Below are positions 61,001-64,000 of a stretch of DNA of 64,000 nt, one piece after another. The position numbers and the translations under genes were made by a program. Under the pieces are notes generated by a model. It saw only the letters and a program-made list of their open reading frames with translations, did no database searches and was not told the DNA's origin. Position 1 is the first letter of the stretch, and each line of letters opens with the position of its first letter. The stretch is taken from positions 128,001-192,000 of the forward strand of contig OZ253580.1 in the NCBI GenBank assembly GCA_965263035.1, given 5' to 3'. The stretch is from Acidobacteriota bacterium (GTDB taxonomy: Bacteria; Acidobacteriota; UBA6911; RPQK01; JAJDTT01).

Positions 61001-62771
61001 TTTCTTCGAACGGATAGTCGAGGGGGAGGAAGACGAGGATCAGTTTGCAACGAGCGACATCGAGAGCATTCTGGGACTGTTCGCCGCTCAAGGAGCTCCG
61101 GAGCGGATGCTTCGCTGGCACTACCGAAGCCGTCATGAATCGTTGATCACCGTCTCGAACCATGAGTTCTACGAGAATCGGCTGGTGATTTTTCCGAGTC
61201 CGGACGCGCAGCGGAAGAAGGTCGGACTCCAGTTTCGGTGCGGCCCCGACAATTACTACGAGCGGGGCGCCGGGCGGAGTTTCAATCCAGGCGAAGCCCG
61301 TACAGTAGCCGGAGCGGTCATGGAACACGCGCGAACTCAGCCCGATCTGACGCTGGGAGTCGCCGCGTTCAGCATTTCGCAGGCCCGAAGGATCGAGGAT
61401 GAACTGGAAATTCTCCGCCGCCAGGATCCCTCCCAAGAATCATTTTTCGCCAAGCACCCGGATGAGCCTTTTTTCGTCAAGAACCTGGAGAACGTCCAGG
61501 GGGACGAACGGGATATGATCTTCATCAGCGTCGGCTACGGCAAGACCGAGGACGGGCGCATGCCGATGAATTTTGGACCTCTCAACCAGGACGGTGGCGA
61601 GCGGCGCCTGAACGTGCTCATTACGCGCGCTCGCCGGGTTTGCGTCGTCTACTCGAACTTCAACGCCGACGACTTGGACCTGAGGCGAACCAACGCTCGC
61701 GGCGTCCAGGCTCTCCAGACGTTTCTGAAGTATGCCGCGACCGGAATCCTTGAAGTCCCGCGAGCATCAGGGCGGGAGGCCGATTCCTTGTTTGAGGAGG
61801 CGATCGCCTCGAGATTGAAAGCGCGCGGCCATTCCGTCGAACACCAGATCGGATCGAGCGGATTCTTCGTGGACCTGGCGATCGTCGACCGGAATCGCCC
61901 GGGACGTTATCTGCTGGGAATCGAATGCGACGGGGCCACTTACCACAGCGCGCGCTCGGCTCGCGATCGAGACCGCCTCCGGCAGCAGGTACTCGAGGGC
62001 TTGGGCTGGACCATCCATCGTATCTGGAGCACCGACTGGTTCCATCACCCCGAGCGGGAGATGGAAAAGGTCGAAGATGCGATCCGGCGGGCCAAGCTGG
62101 ACGATTCCTTCAGCGAACCGGCTCCCGAGAGACCCCGGAGTCACGCGGCTCCAATTTCCCGCGTTCAGGTCCCGGAGGCTACACAGCAGGTTGCTGGTCC
62201 ATACCTCCTGGCAAACCCAGGGGTCCGCCTAATGGGTCAGGAATTCCATGAAGTGTGGTCCGAGCATTTGATGAATTGGATTCTCCAGGTAGTTCACGTG
62301 GAGAGTCCGGTGCACCTGCAAGAGGTCGCGCGCCGAATTGCCACCGCGGCCGGTGTGAAGCGGGTCGGCCGCCGAATTCGAAATCGAATTCAGACTACTG
62401 CTGACGAAGCCGTCCGCGACGGAAAGATTTACCGGATGGACAACTTCCTGTGGCGTCGCGACCACAAACAGGTTCCACTTCGGCGCCGGGACCGCCTGCC
62501 ACCTGCGATGCGCAAGATCGATCTGATCTCACCGCAGGAAATCGGCACCGCTCTAATACACGCGGTCCGAGCCAGCCATGGCATCGACAAAACCGGTGCC
62601 ATCAACGAGGCGGCCCGGCTATTCGGGTTCAAAAGGGTCGGGCCGGGTATTCGATCAAGCTTCAAGACCGTCCTTGACAGACTTGTCGAGGGCGGCGCTC
62701 TGAATTATCAACGGCAGCACCTGCATCCGGGTCCAAACGAGATTCCGCTTCCGGGTGCGGATGAAGGATAA
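58017..62771 (+). CDS. DUF4011-SF1 helicase-Vsr-like nuclease-DUF3320 protein (Hhe-like anti-phage gene)
   Basis: LLDLTLRNPLLNF, GPPGTGKS, FDEASQ, GDSKQLPP, VQGDERD, NVLITRAR, IECDGATYH..RIWSTDW. Confidence 0.85.
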   Translation: MSASPSVAARLDRSRRDLLDLTLRNPLLNFRPSKTRGLTITGEIPREIFRIIARDERLMYFLPTGSSGEDESLEAVIPRALLSSITEYEDPSAEPAAHHVDNQLQTPYSATHLEIRLKNTFRAAHTSIEEQGVNILFLALGTLNWSESESSELPRIAPLILVPVKLARTSVRARYRLGYTGEEIGANLSLEAKLKADFDIRLPELPDAEDLDVNDYFQKVRAAISGKERWTVDANAIFLGFFSFSKLLIYKDLDPASWPEDAPPSDHPVVEALLSPDGFRNGAPDDIEEEGLDPRLTAPDAHQILDSDSSQTLAVIDAMKGRNLVIQGPPGTGKSQTITNLIAEAIAQDKKVLFVAEKMAALEVVKRRLDSVHIGDACLELHSHTANKKAVVDELRRTLHLGKPQIKDVTEDRLLMERRRKRLDGYSTAVNTPIGQSGFTPHEVIGKLSRFEELDAGTAWPLLSGGVVASCGRREFLLLQEFVAELQESVSAIGKPREHIFWESTRTSYLPTERLRILTALRNAADALRKLRGSVVTLQKSARLDDLEPDLEKVARLTRTVLRATERPDLMNVDHRHPDWKFRHDEIEETARELLEVSEIRSRYESLLVPEAWDQNVLSYRRPLVECGDKWWRFLSGKYRAARNGLQVLCRSDLPSEGSSQVKIVEAILREQRLRKRIEDSTLLPHLFPGFRLDRNPARNRQLSEVMNWLLVLYREKAGDAVDERVHELLDRDLDREELKHLVETCTGDAGILSAALATVAEILELNPSRSPKGIALAEHRFSDMEIWLDAARNQLNSLREIVRFNTTEKRLVDAGLKEVIDTAISWSQAGVHLVDLFERSWLVALIEAAFRERPVLSEFDGGTHQKFIEQFCKLDTDFFQHNRALVAQAHWGRLPRHHGGGQLGVLKREFEKKRRHLPLRKLMAKAGNAIQQVKPIFMMSPLSVAKFIPPESVRFDLVIFDEASQVKPVEAMGAIRRGRHSIVVGDSKQLPPTRFFERIVEGEEDEDQFATSDIESILGLFAAQGAPERMLRWHYRSRHESLITVSNHEFYENRLVIFPSPDAQRKKVGLQFRCGPDNYYERGAGRSFNPGEARTVAGAVMEHARTQPDLTLGVAAFSISQARRIEDELEILRRQDPSQESFFAKHPDEPFFVKNLENVQGDERDMIFISVGYGKTEDGRMPMNFGPLNQDGGERRLNVLITRARRVCVVYSNFNADDLDLRRTNARGVQALQTFLKYAATGILEVPRASGREADSLFEEAIASRLKARGHSVEHQIGSSGFFVDLAIVDRNRPGRYLLGIECDGATYHSARSARDRDRLRQQVLEGLGWTIHRIWSTDWFHHPEREMEKVEDAIRRAKLDDSFSEPAPERPRSHAAPISRVQVPEATQQVAGPYLLANPGVRLMGQEFHEVWSEHLMNWILQVVHVESPVHLQEVARRIATAAGVKRVGRRIRNRIQTTADEAVRDGKIYRMDNFLWRRDHKQVPLRRRDRLPPAMRKIDLISPQEIGTALIHAVRASHGIDKTGAINEAARLFGFKRVGPGIRSSFKTVLDRLVEGGALNYQRQHLHPGPNEIPLPGADEG

Positions 62772-62808
62772 GGAAGTCTCCATCGTTCCCTTCATCAATT
62801 TCACCGAG

Positions 62809-62967
62809 GAGCCTGCGCCGCAGAAATTGATCTACTGCGAAAGCGGTAGAATCGGTCCATATTTCCTCGATTTCTCGGCGAATAGAACAACTATGCACCT
62901 CCAAATCGAGAAAATCTGGCCTCGATTCCCCACTTTCTCGCTACGATCATTTCTACCGCGCAGACTC
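62809..62967 (+). mobile_element. MITE family 1, copy F
   Basis: CGAG on both sides (variant target). Confidence 0.9.
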
Positions 62968-63023
62968 CGAGGTTCGGGCAACCTGCGACGGCAGTCCTCT
63001 TTCGACTTGGGATCAGTCCACTC

Positions 63024-63875
63024 TTAGTCGAGATTGGCTTCAGCGAAACCTTTGGAGGGGTCTTTCTTGATGGCGATGATGGTCCGATCGTCGTACTGTC
63101 GATCGGCACCGTCGAAGGCCGCAACATCCGCCATGATGGTGTCGCAGATCTCCTTGGCGGAGCGGTGCCGGTTGGCCCACGCCAGCTTTCGAAGGGCCTC
63201 GAACCCGTATTCCCTTCCCTCCCCGTTCCGAGTCTCGATGATGCCATCGGTGTAACCGAGGAGCACGTCATCCAGCTCCATACGCGTCTCGCCGATCCGA
63301 TACTCGATGGGTGGAGTCCAAAATGCCCCCAGGACCAGGCCGCCCACGTCCAGGGTTTCGATTCGATCCCGTTTCAGGATCAGGGGACTGAAATGGCCGG
63401 CGTTGATGTAGCGGACGACGCCGTCTACGTGAACTTCCCCGTAGAACGCGGAGATGAATTGATCGGTCCGGGACGACCGGAACATGCGGCGATTGATCTT
63501 GGAAAAGAGTAGAGAGGTCGTATCCTGGGCGTAGGCCGCCTCGAAGGCGATGGCCGTATAGAGGGCCGTGTTGAAGTCCCGGATCAGCATCGCCGCCACC
63601 AGACCGTGACCGGCGGCATCGGCAATGACGACGCCGAAACGGCCCTTGAGACCGAACCGCCCTTCCAGATTGATGAAATCGTAAAAATCCCCTCCGACGA
63701 CGGCGGTGGGGAGGGTCATGCCGAAGATGTCGTAGTCGGCATAGGCCGTCACCCGCCCCGGATCGGGCATGATGCGGCGCTGCATGTCGGCCAGGGAGAC
63801 GAACTCCTCTTCAATCTCCCTCAGGTCCATGCGGGCGATTCGGGTGAGCTTGTCCGGATCGCTCGCCTCAGTCAC
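63024..63875 (-). CDS. PP2C/SpoIIE-family phosphatase
   Basis: VGGDFYD, IADAAGHG, NAGH, YTDGIIE, DDRT. Confidence 0.92.
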   Translation of the reverse strand: MTEASDPDKLTRIARMDLREIEEEFVSLADMQRRIMPDPGRVTAYADYDIFGMTLPTAVVGGDFYDFINLEGRFGLKGRFGVVIADAAGHGLVAAMLIRDFNTALYTAIAFEAAYAQDTTSLLFSKINRRMFRSSRTDQFISAFYGEVHVDGVVRYINAGHFSPLILKRDRIETLDVGGLVLGAFWTPPIEYRIGETRMELDDVLLGYTDGIIETRNGEGREYGFEALRKLAWANRHRSAKEICDTIMADVAAFDGADRQYDDRTIIAIKKDPSKGFAEANLD

Positions 63876-64000
63876 GCTTCCTCACTCGTAAAGCGATCCA
63901 CGACCCGGGCCTGGATCTGACTCTCCGGACCCGACTGCACGCCAAGAATCTGTCCCGGACGGGCAAAAGCCCGCCTCACATACCCCAGGGCAATGGGTCC
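63872..64000 (-). CDS. 3' end of a GcvT/YgfZ-like aminomethyltransferase-family gene (partial)
   Basis: PLPLGYVRRAFARPGQ..ARVVD; GTGA overlap with the phosphatase start. Confidence 0.45.
   Translation of the reverse strand, partial: GPIALGYVRRAFARPGQILGVQSGPESQIQARVVDRFTSEEA

Overview
GC-rich bacterial chromosome segment. The taxonomy is an inference: the GroEL style and the spondin, cadherin, LRR, sialidase and PhyH content suggest a host-associated, probably sponge-symbiont, Acidobacteriota-like organism. 1-8.1 kb holds the 5' part of a giant modular surface-protein gene that runs off the window, plus a decayed hybrid sensor kinase/regulator. About 8.1-18.3 kb and 21.7-39.9 kb are two IS-riddled accessory regions, each abutting the 3' end of a tRNA-Ser gene (GGA and CGA). 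The second is bounded by a 15-bp att direct repeat, carries a P4-like integrase and alpA, and encloses groES-groEL. The two regions share a near-identical 2.33-kb block that begins exactly at a solitary type I-E-like CRISPR repeat, and a homologous ~0.5-0.65 kb non-coding segment attached to each tRNA 3' end. At least four MITE families are present, including six copies of a 159-161 bp element that mostly targets CTAG. 40-64 kb is mostly housekeeping (dnaX-ybaB-recR, OmpA, larA, tadA, UPF0182, IscA-like, moaA, transketolase) with a DUF4011 helicase-nuclease (Hhe-like) defence gene. All calls were made by eye; no database searches were run.
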